This document shows positions 39,432 to 49,427 of a stretch of DNA of 64,000 nt, in pieces (position 1 is the stretch's first letter; every line of letters begins with the position of its first letter). The stretch is from an uncultured archaeon (GTDB taxonomy: Archaea > Thermoplasmatota > Penumbrarchaeia > JASLWR01): the NCBI GenBank assembly GCA_964342815.1, contig CAYFHS010000009.1, forward strand, positions 1 through 64,000, given 5' to 3'. A model generated the notes under the pieces. That model saw only the letters and a list, made by a program, of their open reading frames with translations, made no database searches and had not been told where the DNA came from. Position numbers and translations under genes: made by a program.

Positions 39432-40121
39432 TCAATCTACCTTCGGGATATATGCAAACTTGGCCGGTTTAACATCGATTGTAATAATTAACTTGTCCTC
39501 GAATATTTGAACGTCGTCTATTTCCAAGTTCTTTATGTTTTTAAGGGCGAACGAGAACTTGTTGAACTCTGTTGATGAGCTGAATTCGAGCATTATGGAC
39601 TGTTTTGAGATGTGTTCCGCGGGGATCGCAGTAAGTTTTTCCTGGTATTCGGCCAAGAGGTTAAACGCATCCTTTACCTTGTTTACCTCCTGTATCTTTG
39701 CCGTTTCCCTTCCGAATTTTCTTTTCAACGCCTCATGCACAGTCAATCGAAGGTCGTCATTTTCCCATGGTTTTTCAATGTAAGTATGAACCTTGGCCCT
39801 GTTGATGGCTTCCTTTGCAATATGAATATCCGAGTAACCGGTAATAAGAATCCGGACTGTGTTGGGGTGTTTCCTCTGTACCATGGTCAGAAGATCGATT
39901 CCGTTCATTATCGGCATCTTGTAATCCGCAAGAACAAGATCGAATTCTTTCTTTTCCAGCATAGCAAGAGCTGCCATACCGTCTGTCTCTGTAATTATAT
40001 TGCTTATAAAAAGCCCCGCGGACCTCAGTACCAATTCCAGCGATTCCAGTACATCGGGTTCATCGTCAACGATCAATATGTCATGGACCATTTCATCAGT
40101 GGTCACGTCCTTCTCATCCAT
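39432..40121 (-). CDS. Response regulator (REC + C-terminal extension)
   Basis: ILIVDDE, VLADYKMPIMNG, LITG, YIEKPW. Confidence 0.92.
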   Translation of the reverse strand: MDEKDVTTDEMVHDILIVDDEPDVLESLELVLRSAGLFISNIITETDGMAALAMLEKKEFDLVLADYKMPIMNGIDLLTMVQRKHPNTVRILITGYSDIHIAKEAINRAKVHTYIEKPWENDDLRLTVHEALKRKFGRETAKIQEVNKVKDAFNLLAEYQEKLTAIPAEHISKQSIMLEFSSSTEFNKFSFALKNIKNLEIDDVQIFEDKLIITIDVKPAKFAYIPKVD

Positions 40122-40122
40122 T

Positions 40123-41730
40123 TCAACACTCCTTTTGTGGTATTATTATCGTGATAGTCGTCCCCTTCCCCTCTTGGCTTTCCGCATTAATCTCCCCATT
40201 ATGATCTTTTATGATCCTGTAACATATACTCAATCCCAGACCGGTCCTATTGTCCTTTGTCGTATAGAACGGATTAAATATATTGCTGATCTGGTCCTCG
40301 GGTATCCCTCTTCCATTATCCTTTACCTCAACAAATATATCGGTATCAGAACACCAAGTCCTTATCCATATATCCCCATCCTCCATGGCCTCTGACGCAT
40401 TCAGTATAACGTTCATGAACACTTGATTCAGATGACCCATATTACATATTAAATTCGGTATCTTTCCGTAATCCTCGTGAACCTTTATCCGATATTTCAA
40501 CTGGTTGGATACCATGTAAAGTGTATCCCGGAGACCATCATTGATGTCTGCACCGGCCTTTCCTTTAACGTCCGGTTTAGCGAAAAGTTTCAAGGTTCGA
40601 GTTAGATTTGCGATCCGGTCGATACCCACCATGTTCGTCTCCACCATCCTTTCCAGCATTCCGAATATAATTTTTTCTTCTTCGTTACCCCTATGAACAT
40701 CCTTCAATTTTTCCAAATGTTCCTGGATCAACTCCGAATTCGATCTCAGATATGAAAGTGGATTGTTGATCTCATGGGCGACTCCCGCTACCAACTGCCC
40801 TATGGAAGCCATCTTCTCCGATTGGATCAATTCATTAGACCGCTGGTAAACCTCTTCCTCCAGGTGATCGGAATATTCCTTTAATTTTGCCTCGCTTTCT
40901 CGAAGAGCCTCCACGGCGAGTTTGCGCTCAGTGAAATCCTCCATACTCCCTTCATAATATAGAACCCGGCCATCGGAATCCCTGACAATCTTTGCGCTGT
41001 CTTTTATCCATATGGGAGTTCCGTCCCGTTTTTTGAGCTGACTTTCAAAATTGAAAATAATATCATTCTTCTCGAGCATCCCTTTCCATCGCTCGCGATC
41101 CTCTGGATTGAGAAAAGTAATGGAAGCGTTCTGGGCCAGCAGTGAAGCCTTGTCAGGATATCCCAGCATCTGGACCGATGCGGGATTGACATCGAGAATA
41201 CTTCCATCGGGAGTGGTTCTGTACAATCCAACAGGAACACCTTCGAAGAGGCTTCTGTATCGCGCCTCGCTCTTCCAAAGCTTCTCTTCCGCTTTCTTCC
41301 GCTCGGTGACGTCAAGACCCATTAATAAGATACCCGAGGGTTTTTCACCTACATATAAAACCGCTTCTCCAGGGGAGAACATTATGGTGTGAATCGAACC
41401 GTCCTTGTCATAAACGTCCACATCCGCGCCGGGTGTATAATCCCCATGAAAATCCCTTTCCCAAAGCTTTTTTACCCGTTCTCTCTGTTCAGGTATGACA
41501 AAATCAAGGACGTTCTTTCCAATGACATCGCCAACGTCATACCCCAGCTGACTCGCAGAGAGCTTACTAACGTTAATAACTATTCCGTCCATCCCGATCA
41601 ACAGGTTCACACTGGGACTGTACAGAAGTCGATATTTCTCCGAAGAATCCATCGGTATTTCTTCCTTTACCTGAACCTTTTCTCCGTAGTCTCCCAAATT
41701 ATTTTCCCCCGATTGAATTTTCCTAGACAT
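40123..41730 (-). CDS. Cytoplasmic PAS-PAS histidine kinase
   Basis: Two PAS/PAC domains, AHEINNPL, QVFMNVILNA, DNGRGI, FNPFYTTK, GLGLSI. No TM. Confidence 0.93.
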   Translation of the reverse strand: MSRKIQSGENNLGDYGEKVQVKEEIPMDSSEKYRLLYSPSVNLLIGMDGIVINVSKLSASQLGYDVGDVIGKNVLDFVIPEQRERVKKLWERDFHGDYTPGADVDVYDKDGSIHTIMFSPGEAVLYVGEKPSGILLMGLDVTERKKAEEKLWKSEARYRSLFEGVPVGLYRTTPDGSILDVNPASVQMLGYPDKASLLAQNASITFLNPEDRERWKGMLEKNDIIFNFESQLKKRDGTPIWIKDSAKIVRDSDGRVLYYEGSMEDFTERKLAVEALRESEAKLKEYSDHLEEEVYQRSNELIQSEKMASIGQLVAGVAHEINNPLSYLRSNSELIQEHLEKLKDVHRGNEEEKIIFGMLERMVETNMVGIDRIANLTRTLKLFAKPDVKGKAGADINDGLRDTLYMVSNQLKYRIKVHEDYGKIPNLICNMGHLNQVFMNVILNASEAMEDGDIWIRTWCSDTDIFVEVKDNGRGIPEDQISNIFNPFYTTKDNRTGLGLSICYRIIKDHNGEINAESQEGKGTTITIIIPQKEC

Positions 41731-42052
41731 ATTTCCAATGAATACGATTAGTAAAAAAATCCTTCCTCAAACTGGGAAGAATTGCATTATATTACGCATA
41801 CATACTATTTCTTTTAAACTACTATTTTGAATTTTATCGATACTAAAAAATCTATTTCCAATATAAATAGGAATTTACATGAGAAAACTATTATTCTTAC
41901 GGTAAAACCTATGAAAAGCTCTCACCCATGTGTAGCTATGTTTTAGACAAGATAGTTTGGATAATTTAGATATTTTGACACATGACGGTGAGGAACAAAG
42001 ATTTATTATAGAAATACCATCTTTCCACTTCTCAATGAACGGCGGTTCGGCT

Positions 42053-43054
42053 ATGAAAAGTCTTAAATTGAACAAAGCTTTGAACGATGTAATCTCGGAT
42101 ATTAGATCGATAATTCCAGACGATAAAGATTCTCGATTTCATGCTGACATGTTCACTGCCTTCAAGGAAAACTCGGGGATTTGTAAAATCGGCGCTGTGG
42201 ACGGATCCTCAACAATAGTATTAAGGGGACCTTCGTTCATCGTTGGAACATATAAAAGTGCCTCAATGGTTTTTAGAGGCCACGAACTGGCAGCCACGTC
42301 AATTACACAGCCCATTCCAATCCTCATAAGCAAGCATAATTTAAATGATCTGTACAGCAGTATATTTTCAGATTTTGTTGGAGAACGGCCCGAAAAGAAA
42401 GTAAGAGACCTGGAATTGGCTCTCCAAAGGATCCGTGTTATTGAGGAAATGAAGATGGTCTCGAAGCTCGTGGATGATATGGATAAAGGCAGTATCATAC
42501 TCGTTGATGGATCCCTGCGGTCCACCATTACGCGGTTGGATGCCTTCATGGAAGCAACATTCAAAGGGGCACTTGAGAAGGATTTATCTATTGTGGGAAT
42601 ATCAAAATCAAGTTCACTTTCCCTGGGTAATACAGCCATCGTCCCCCTGGTTCAATACGAAGCAAAAAGGTCAATGGGAAACCGTATGTGGTGCTTTGAC
42701 GTGGGAAAGAGATTCCATGGTGCACTGCACGGGCACCAGAGCCATCTTTTCGGCAGCGTCAATATTGTTAAATTCAATCCATACTCAAATTTCGTGTTTA
42801 GAGCCGACGTCCTTACAAATGAAAAAGATAAAACAAATATATTGAGGAAAATCGCAGCATACTGCCGCGATCCATCCTATCTGGGATATCCATATCCGCT
42901 AGCACTCGTGCATAATAAGGTTACCATTACCAGAGGATGGGCCGAGGATCTGCACAACCGTATGAAAAAAATTGCCCTGGAGAGTGGAATAAAGAGCGAT
43001 CAATGGAGATTTCTATGCCAGGATTTCCATAATGTCCTTGATCAGGGAGTATGA
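42053..43054 (+). CDS. nurA: DNA double-strand-break repair nuclease NurA
   Basis: GAVDGS, LVDGSL, GISKSS, LGYPYPLALVH. Start taken at ATG 42053 (ORF track 41957). Confidence 0.88.
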   Translation: MKSLKLNKALNDVISDIRSIIPDDKDSRFHADMFTAFKENSGICKIGAVDGSSTIVLRGPSFIVGTYKSASMVFRGHELAATSITQPIPILISKHNLNDLYSSIFSDFVGERPEKKVRDLELALQRIRVIEEMKMVSKLVDDMDKGSIILVDGSLRSTITRLDAFMEATFKGALEKDLSIVGISKSSSLSLGNTAIVPLVQYEAKRSMGNRMWCFDVGKRFHGALHGHQSHLFGSVNIVKFNPYSNFVFRADVLTNEKDKTNILRKIAAYCRDPSYLGYPYPLALVHNKVTITRGWAEDLHNRMKKIALESGIKSDQWRFLCQDFHNVLDQGV

Positions 43055-43183
43055 TGAATGATCCCTTATTACAATTTCAGGAATTAAAAAATATTAAAGC
43101 ATTCAAACAAATATACACCAAGATAGGAATGCAATTATCGAAGGACGCACAATAGAATTACAAATTTAAGAGGTGATAACACC

Positions 43184-44758
43184 ATGACTCAAAATATTGG
43201 GAGGATTATCGGGAATAATGTCCGGGAGATAACTTTCAGGGCCACCTTCGGAACGGAGGTCTTCCTGGGTGAGATACTGGTGGCAAGAGATCCTTCCACA
43301 GGCCGAGAATTCCTTCTCAGGATATTCGATATCAAAATGGGATTCGAAGCGTCGGACATGGATTGGGCTGCAAGAACCGCTGGCAATATGCTGACCCTTG
43401 AGGCAGGTAACATCGATTTCGATCTAAGCGATCAGCAGAGAAGACTCTTTAAACTCGGAATATGCAAGTCCTTGGGTTATGTAGAGGGTGGAATATTCAA
43501 GAAACCCAAGACAATGCCGGCTCATTTCGGGGGAGTTCGAAAAGCTCAGGCGGACGACCTGAAGTTACTTGAGACTTTCATGGGTGACGTTTACGTGGGC
43601 AAACTGAGAAGCGGAGAAAAGCTCGTTGACATACCGGTCGGGGTTCATTCTAGAGATTTTCCCTCACATGTGGGTATATTTGCCACTACGGGTATGGGAA
43701 AATCCAACCTTATGAAGCGCTTGGCAGCGTCAGGTATGGTAAAAGGAACAACAGGATTGCTGATTTTCGATCCACATGGAGAATATTACGACGGGGGCGG
43801 AGAGGGGAGATTGGGATTGAACCAACATCCTGAAGCGCGAGACAGGTTTAAGGTATACTCTACCAGAAAATTGACGGGAGACTACAATCCCATAAAAGTA
43901 AGCTCAAAAGAGATTGAGGTGGATGATCTCCTCCATCTATACGATTTCTCCGGTGCCCAAAAAGACGCACTGGCCTCGGCGAAGAGGGTCTATGGGGACA
44001 ACTGGGTTACCTCCCTTCACGACCTTGAGGTTCAGGAACTGGCCAGAGATCTCGAGAACACCTTTGAGAGCACTCTATGGGTGATCCGAAGAAAATTAAA
44101 GAATTTATTCTCGTATGACCTGCTTCACCGGGACAACAGCATAAGTATAACCGGAGATATTATTTCCTCATTGAAGGAAGGAAAGACCGTGCTGGTTGAT
44201 ACTTCGTGCATGGGTGAATCGGAGGAGCTTCTAATAAGTATTGTGATAGCAAGATCGGTCTTCAAAAGATACAAGGATACTTATGCCAAGACCGAGGACT
44301 TTAAAAATCTCATACCGGTGCTCATTACCATGGAGGAGGCACAGAGGGTACTGGGAGGTATTGCTCATGGGGATAGCAAACGTAGGAATATCTTTTCCAC
44401 AATCGCTCGGGAAGGAAGAAAATTCAAGGTGGGCCTTTGTGCGATCTCCCAGCAACCAAAGCTCATTGACGAGGAAATACTTTCCCAGTTCAACACTCTC
44501 TTTATCCTGGGTCTAGCCGATAGAAAAGACCGGGATATGCTGACATATTCGGCGAAACAGGATATATCTGGTCTCGGGACCGAGATACAGATGCTGATGC
44601 CAGGAGAGGCATTGATCACCTCACCATCCGCTCCCTTCGCTTTGCCCGTCAATATAGATCTCTACGAGGATTACATGAAAAAAATCAGAGGGCGCGGTGA
44701 AAATCTACTGGACCGTGAAGTAGAGCGCGGCAGCGCAATGCTCGACAGTTTCTTCTGA
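43184..44758 (+). CDS. herA: HerA/FtsK-family helicase-ATPase
   Basis: HVGIFATTGMGKS, IFDPHGEY, MEEAQR, AREGRKF, SQQP. Directly downstream of nurA. Confidence 0.9.
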   Translation: MTQNIGRIIGNNVREITFRATFGTEVFLGEILVARDPSTGREFLLRIFDIKMGFEASDMDWAARTAGNMLTLEAGNIDFDLSDQQRRLFKLGICKSLGYVEGGIFKKPKTMPAHFGGVRKAQADDLKLLETFMGDVYVGKLRSGEKLVDIPVGVHSRDFPSHVGIFATTGMGKSNLMKRLAASGMVKGTTGLLIFDPHGEYYDGGGEGRLGLNQHPEARDRFKVYSTRKLTGDYNPIKVSSKEIEVDDLLHLYDFSGAQKDALASAKRVYGDNWVTSLHDLEVQELARDLENTFESTLWVIRRKLKNLFSYDLLHRDNSISITGDIISSLKEGKTVLVDTSCMGESEELLISIVIARSVFKRYKDTYAKTEDFKNLIPVLITMEEAQRVLGGIAHGDSKRRNIFSTIAREGRKFKVGLCAISQQPKLIDEEILSQFNTLFILGLADRKDRDMLTYSAKQDISGLGTEIQMLMPGEALITSPSAPFALPVNIDLYEDYMKKIRGRGENLLDREVERGSAMLDSFF

Positions 44759-44848
44759 ATACGGATTGACTATATGCCGTAAAGACTAAGGTTTAATTTT
44801 ATTTATCAGGAAAGTATTTCAGTATATTGATCTCTGGAGTGCTTCGAG

Positions 44849-47800
44849 ATGCAACGACGATACAAGATATGTTTTGCTGTAGCCGTAATACTATTTTTCA
44901 TTGTCGGACCAGCCAACAACACCCTTTCCTCACTGACACAGCCGCAAGGACACATATCAAATGATCACAACCCAGATGATGGGAGAACCGCACCCATTCA
45001 ATTATTCTCTGGCAGTATCCATAAGGACAATACCCAAAAAAATAAACATGATACCCGGAGCGTAGTAAAGGAAAATACTAGAGAAGAACTTCCGAAAATT
45101 GGTAGCATAAATCGAACACTGGAAATTGCACCCGGCCAGAGATACTACGCATACCTTGACTTTGATGTGGGTGCCCTTGTGGAGAAACACATTCCCGATA
45201 ATACGATTTCGCTCCCCGAGTCTGTTAAAATTGCTTTGGCTGCGGTACCCGAATGGCTCCGTGAGGATCTGGAATATACTTTCACCACCCTTTCCTCATC
45301 TGATTCCACTACTTATGCCCAGGAAATAATAAATGCCGCAGATCCCCGCTATGTCGACGAGATCGCCTTTTGCATAGCTCATTCACACAGAGGGCTACTC
45401 GAAAGGCTGATCGAGACAAACGAAACGGAACTATTTGCGAAAAATGCAGAGGATATATACACAATGAGCGGAAGGGGTCTCAACTATTCAGAACTTGTTG
45501 AAAAGACCGATCATACTACCATTATCTACAAGAGTGGTTTTGGCGGCAGCCAGGAACTAGAAAAGGACATGTATTATTGGTACGTGGTTTATCCCCGAAC
45601 CCATATTGAATTACCCCATTTTGTGGATGTCGAAGGTACACCGCGTTTCTGGCGTTCATATTTTCCAGATAATACCGATCATGGAACTTCCCTTTTTGAT
45701 ACGGTAAAGAATGCTGCTTCCATATATAATGCAGTACAGCTGCTCGGGAACTGGTCAATTAACTTTATGGAGTTCGCTAACGGCTGGAACTGGATACAAC
45801 CCATGGAAATATGGCGCAATCCCACACAATGCTCTAGTGGCCAATATACAATTCTCACGGGAGCTCTTGCGAAAACAATGTTGATTCCCACTACTGGTCT
45901 GGGCACCTTTTCCGAAGATCACACATGGAATGAATTCTATGACACGAAATGGATAAACTGGGATACCGGTTTCGGCGACATGGATGCCAATGAGATAAAT
46001 ATTATTGACAGCCCGGGGACCTACGATCCGGATCCACCCAACGGGCATGGCGGCCCTGGCGGGTCTCTCGGAAAGCAGGTGTCCACCGTTAACGTGATCC
46101 GTGGGGATGATGGTATTTATCAGAGCCTTCAGTATACTCCCTACGGGACGCTCAACGTACTGGTTACTGATAAAAATGATGAAGCTGTGGACGGTGCAAA
46201 AATTCTAATATCTCCTTCAAGTCAGGGGACAGATAATCCGGATAGAGGGACGTGCATTTGGGGATATACCGATTCACTGGGTACGGCAGTGTTCAAGGTT
46301 GGCAACAAACTGGATTACTTTATAAAATCGATTCATCCTGTTCTTGGGACCTTTCCGGAGGAGGAAGATCAGCTTGCCAAAGCCGCAATCAACGTACGGA
46401 GTGGTAATACCTATGAATACTCAATCAAGTATTCAGACAGCGGTGAGTCAGGCCTAAACGTCACGGAAAAGAACTCACATGGATCCGGGACAGTAAAAAT
46501 AGCTTCTTCATTCATGGTAGAAAGTGAGCGGCAGTGGGGAGTGAATGAAGAGACGAAGACATATGGCCTTGGAATCCAGTATCCATTCGATACTGAAGGA
46601 AAATCCATCACATCTTTCATCTGTGATTCAGAAAACTTCGACAGTTATCTATCGGGGGATCATTTCGAAGCTTATGAGCTTATTTCGCGCAAAGATCAAA
46701 AAGATATTATATTCGAATCGGACCAGCAGAGTGATTGGTATCTGGTCCTCTCCAATGAATATTCCTATGTCACCACAAAAACAGTAAACGTATCAATTGA
46801 TATTTATTTCAAGGCCAGGCCTGTGGTGGATATATTAAGCCCGCAAAGCGGCAGCCTTCTTGCAGCCGAAAACTCCTTTCCAGTGAGCGGGACCGTGTTC
46901 ACTCCGAATTCATTAACCTCAATTAGCTATCGCATAGATCATGGAGAATGGCAGGATATCATGGAAATGTACAATGAAGCTTTGGGTGTATTCTCATTTT
47001 ACTGGTCACCTTCCTCATTAGATGCCGGGGAGCATACATTAGAAGTGAAGATCGAGGACTCCGTCTCCGATGTGGATACCGACATTTGTTCGTTTTTTAT
47101 CGACGCAGCTCCACCTTTGGTTGAAATATCCAAACCTAAGAACGGTTCTTTTCTTCGGGAAGGTGAGAAAATTGAACTATCGGGAAATCTAACCGACGAC
47201 ATTGGTCCTGTGTCGTTGTTTCTTGACATAGGTTCCACGGTAGCGGGTGGGCAAGTTATTATTACTGGGGAAGATATAACCAATACAGTTTCGGACGACT
47301 TATTTACTTATTATTTTTTTACAGATGAACTGCAAATGGGGGAATATCTCATTGAGTTGAGAGCGGTGGACAAGGTAGGGCATGAAAGCTTCGAGAAGTA
47401 TTTTTTCTACATTGATGTTGAAGAACCAGTAATCACAATAATCGAACCCGGAGTAAGAGAGATAGTTGGGGGACCGACTCCATTGCAGATATCGGGTACT
47501 GCCTCGGATGACATAGGATTTGCTTCCCTTGAACTGGAGACCAGTTCAGGATTTAGAGCAGACCTGCTCCCAACCCTAAATGGAACAAACTGGAAATATG
47601 ACTGGAATACAAGCGGACTTGAATCGGAAAAATATTCAATCAGTGTTTCAGGAATCGACGGGATTGGAAGATGGGTGAAGGTCTCTGTAATAGTTGAGGT
47701 TGACAACGATTTACCTGAAATAAAGATCGACTCCGATTACGAACAGATCATCATGGGAGGGAATAAAATCGATTTTACAGGTTCCACAGTAGATGAAAAC

Positions 47801-49387
47801 GAATTGGAGAAAATTGAGGCAGTCATTATCATCTCAACCGAGTCCCAGAGCATCGATGATCTTAACCTTGGAAGCAATGATACAGAATGGATAGATATTT
47901 CCGATAGCGGCTCAGGGAGCGATTGGCTGTTTCATTGGGATACTGCCGACACGGCCACGGGTAATTATATTGTAGCATTCAGAGCGTTTGACGAAGTTGG
48001 AAATTCAGCCGTTGTCACCATAGAGGTTTTCGTTGATGCCACGGATCCCATATTGGATTGCAATATGATATCGGTGGGTGAACTACCAGTTGTAACCGGA
48101 GCGGTGATCATCAACGGCACGGCTTTGGATAACCACAAGATCACCTCTCTTGATCTGTCTTGGAAAAGTAACGACTGGAATTCACTTCTCGCAAAATATG
48201 ATGGATTTAACTGGACGTATATCTGGGAAACCGCGTCACTGGATTCCGGTGGTTACGAGATTGTGATAAGGGCGGAAGACTATGCTGGAAGAACGAGCTT
48301 CTTATATATTGGAATTATCGTGGATAACGATCCACCTGAGATAACGATCAATTCGAATTCTAAAAATACCGCACTTAAGAAAGGAGAAGCTCTGATACTC
48401 ACAGGTAAAGCGCTGGATGATAACGGACTATCATTGGTCACTATTAGGATCGACAATGGTGGGTGGTCCACGGCGTACTTAAACAACGGCACGGGCGAAT
48501 GGGAGTTCAGGTATAGTACGGGAGAGATGATTGGAGGACCGCACACTGCCACGATTAAGGTGGAGGACATAGTGGGTCTGGAAAGCACCAAAACCATCCG
48601 ATTCACAATCGACGAGCAGGAAAACGTGGGAAATATTATGCGGATCGGAGGAATTAAATGGTATTTCGCGGTAGCGGCCATGGCGATCATATTATTTACG
48701 TTACTTTTCATACTGTTCTTCTTCGTGGTAAAAAGACGTAGAAAAAATACTGGGAAGAGCGAGGTAGATTATTTCTGCGCCCTTCCCAAGGAACCCGAGA
48801 AAACTGAAAATTCTGGAATGGACCTTTTTCTGCCACCACTGGATGATTCGCTTGAGGATTTACCACCCGTGGCCATCGGATCAATCGAGGAACAACCGAC
48901 CCTGAGTCTCAAAGGACTCAAAGAGCCATCGGTGGACGCGGGTCCAGTTTGTACCAAATGCGGAGAAACCGCTGAATACCTACTTGAATATGACTGTTTT
49001 TGGTGCAGGGGATGCAATGATTATGTCACGGAGGATGGTTCTGACGGTCCCGATGAGAAACCAAAAATCGATCTGCAGGTCAAGTTACCCGTACATTACA
49101 GGAAGAAAGGAACGGTGGGCGAGAAGAGTAGCAATATCGAACTCCGAAAAGATGACGATAATGGGATCGAGCCCGAACCTTCACCTACCAATAAAAAATC
49201 ATCTGACGGGAATGTAATACAAAAGTCTCTACCATTGCCGGATCAACCAATCCCTGTTACCCTGATGCTTCCAAAACTGCCTTCGATCGGAGAAATGATG
49301 GTGCAAGCAAAAGCCGATACCGATGATCTTAAAGTAACAGAAAGTCCCCGCAGGATCTCCCGAAAAAAGCTAATTAAAAAACTATAA
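44849..49387 (+). CDS. Large surface protein: transglutaminase/PNGase-like catalytic domain + multiple Ig-like domains + TM + cytoplasmic Zn finger
   Basis: QCSSGQY...EDHTWNEFY...WINWD (Cys-His-Asp). Repeated P.I.I..P...G...D beta-sandwich units. TM + KRRRK. CTKC...CFWCRGC. Confidence 0.8.
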   Translation: MQRRYKICFAVAVILFFIVGPANNTLSSLTQPQGHISNDHNPDDGRTAPIQLFSGSIHKDNTQKNKHDTRSVVKENTREELPKIGSINRTLEIAPGQRYYAYLDFDVGALVEKHIPDNTISLPESVKIALAAVPEWLREDLEYTFTTLSSSDSTTYAQEIINAADPRYVDEIAFCIAHSHRGLLERLIETNETELFAKNAEDIYTMSGRGLNYSELVEKTDHTTIIYKSGFGGSQELEKDMYYWYVVYPRTHIELPHFVDVEGTPRFWRSYFPDNTDHGTSLFDTVKNAASIYNAVQLLGNWSINFMEFANGWNWIQPMEIWRNPTQCSSGQYTILTGALAKTMLIPTTGLGTFSEDHTWNEFYDTKWINWDTGFGDMDANEINIIDSPGTYDPDPPNGHGGPGGSLGKQVSTVNVIRGDDGIYQSLQYTPYGTLNVLVTDKNDEAVDGAKILISPSSQGTDNPDRGTCIWGYTDSLGTAVFKVGNKLDYFIKSIHPVLGTFPEEEDQLAKAAINVRSGNTYEYSIKYSDSGESGLNVTEKNSHGSGTVKIASSFMVESERQWGVNEETKTYGLGIQYPFDTEGKSITSFICDSENFDSYLSGDHFEAYELISRKDQKDIIFESDQQSDWYLVLSNEYSYVTTKTVNVSIDIYFKARPVVDILSPQSGSLLAAENSFPVSGTVFTPNSLTSISYRIDHGEWQDIMEMYNEALGVFSFYWSPSSLDAGEHTLEVKIEDSVSDVDTDICSFFIDAAPPLVEISKPKNGSFLREGEKIELSGNLTDDIGPVSLFLDIGSTVAGGQVIITGEDITNTVSDDLFTYYFFTDELQMGEYLIELRAVDKVGHESFEKYFFYIDVEEPVITIIEPGVREIVGGPTPLQISGTASDDIGFASLELETSSGFRADLLPTLNGTNWKYDWNTSGLESEKYSISVSGIDGIGRWVKVSVIVEVDNDLPEIKIDSDYEQIIMGGNKIDFTGSTVDENELEKIEAVIIISTESQSIDDLNLGSNDTEWIDISDSGSGSDWLFHWDTADTATGNYIVAFRAFDEVGNSAVVTIEVFVDATDPILDCNMISVGELPVVTGAVIINGTALDNHKITSLDLSWKSNDWNSLLAKYDGFNWTYIWETASLDSGGYEIVIRAEDYAGRTSFLYIGIIVDNDPPEITINSNSKNTALKKGEALILTGKALDDNGLSLVTIRIDNGGWSTAYLNNGTGEWEFRYSTGEMIGGPHTATIKVEDIVGLESTKTIRFTIDEQENVGNIMRIGGIKWYFAVAAMAIILFTLLFILFFFVVKRRRKNTGKSEVDYFCALPKEPEKTENSGMDLFLPPLDDSLEDLPPVAIGSIEEQPTLSLKGLKEPSVDAGPVCTKCGETAEYLLEYDCFWCRGCNDYVTEDGSDGPDEKPKIDLQVKLPVHYRKKGTVGEKSSNIELRKDDDNGIEPEPSPTNKKSSDGNVIQKSLPLPDQPIPVTLMLPKLPSIGEMMVQAKADTDDLKVTESPRRISRKKLIKKL

Positions 49388-49427
49388 AATAATAATAATA
49401 ATATATGACCAGCCCGGAGGTATCAAC

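Noticed and set aside
39432-41730. PAS histidine kinase/response regulator pair
   Set aside because: Ordinary two-component architecture. Kept as features but not novel.
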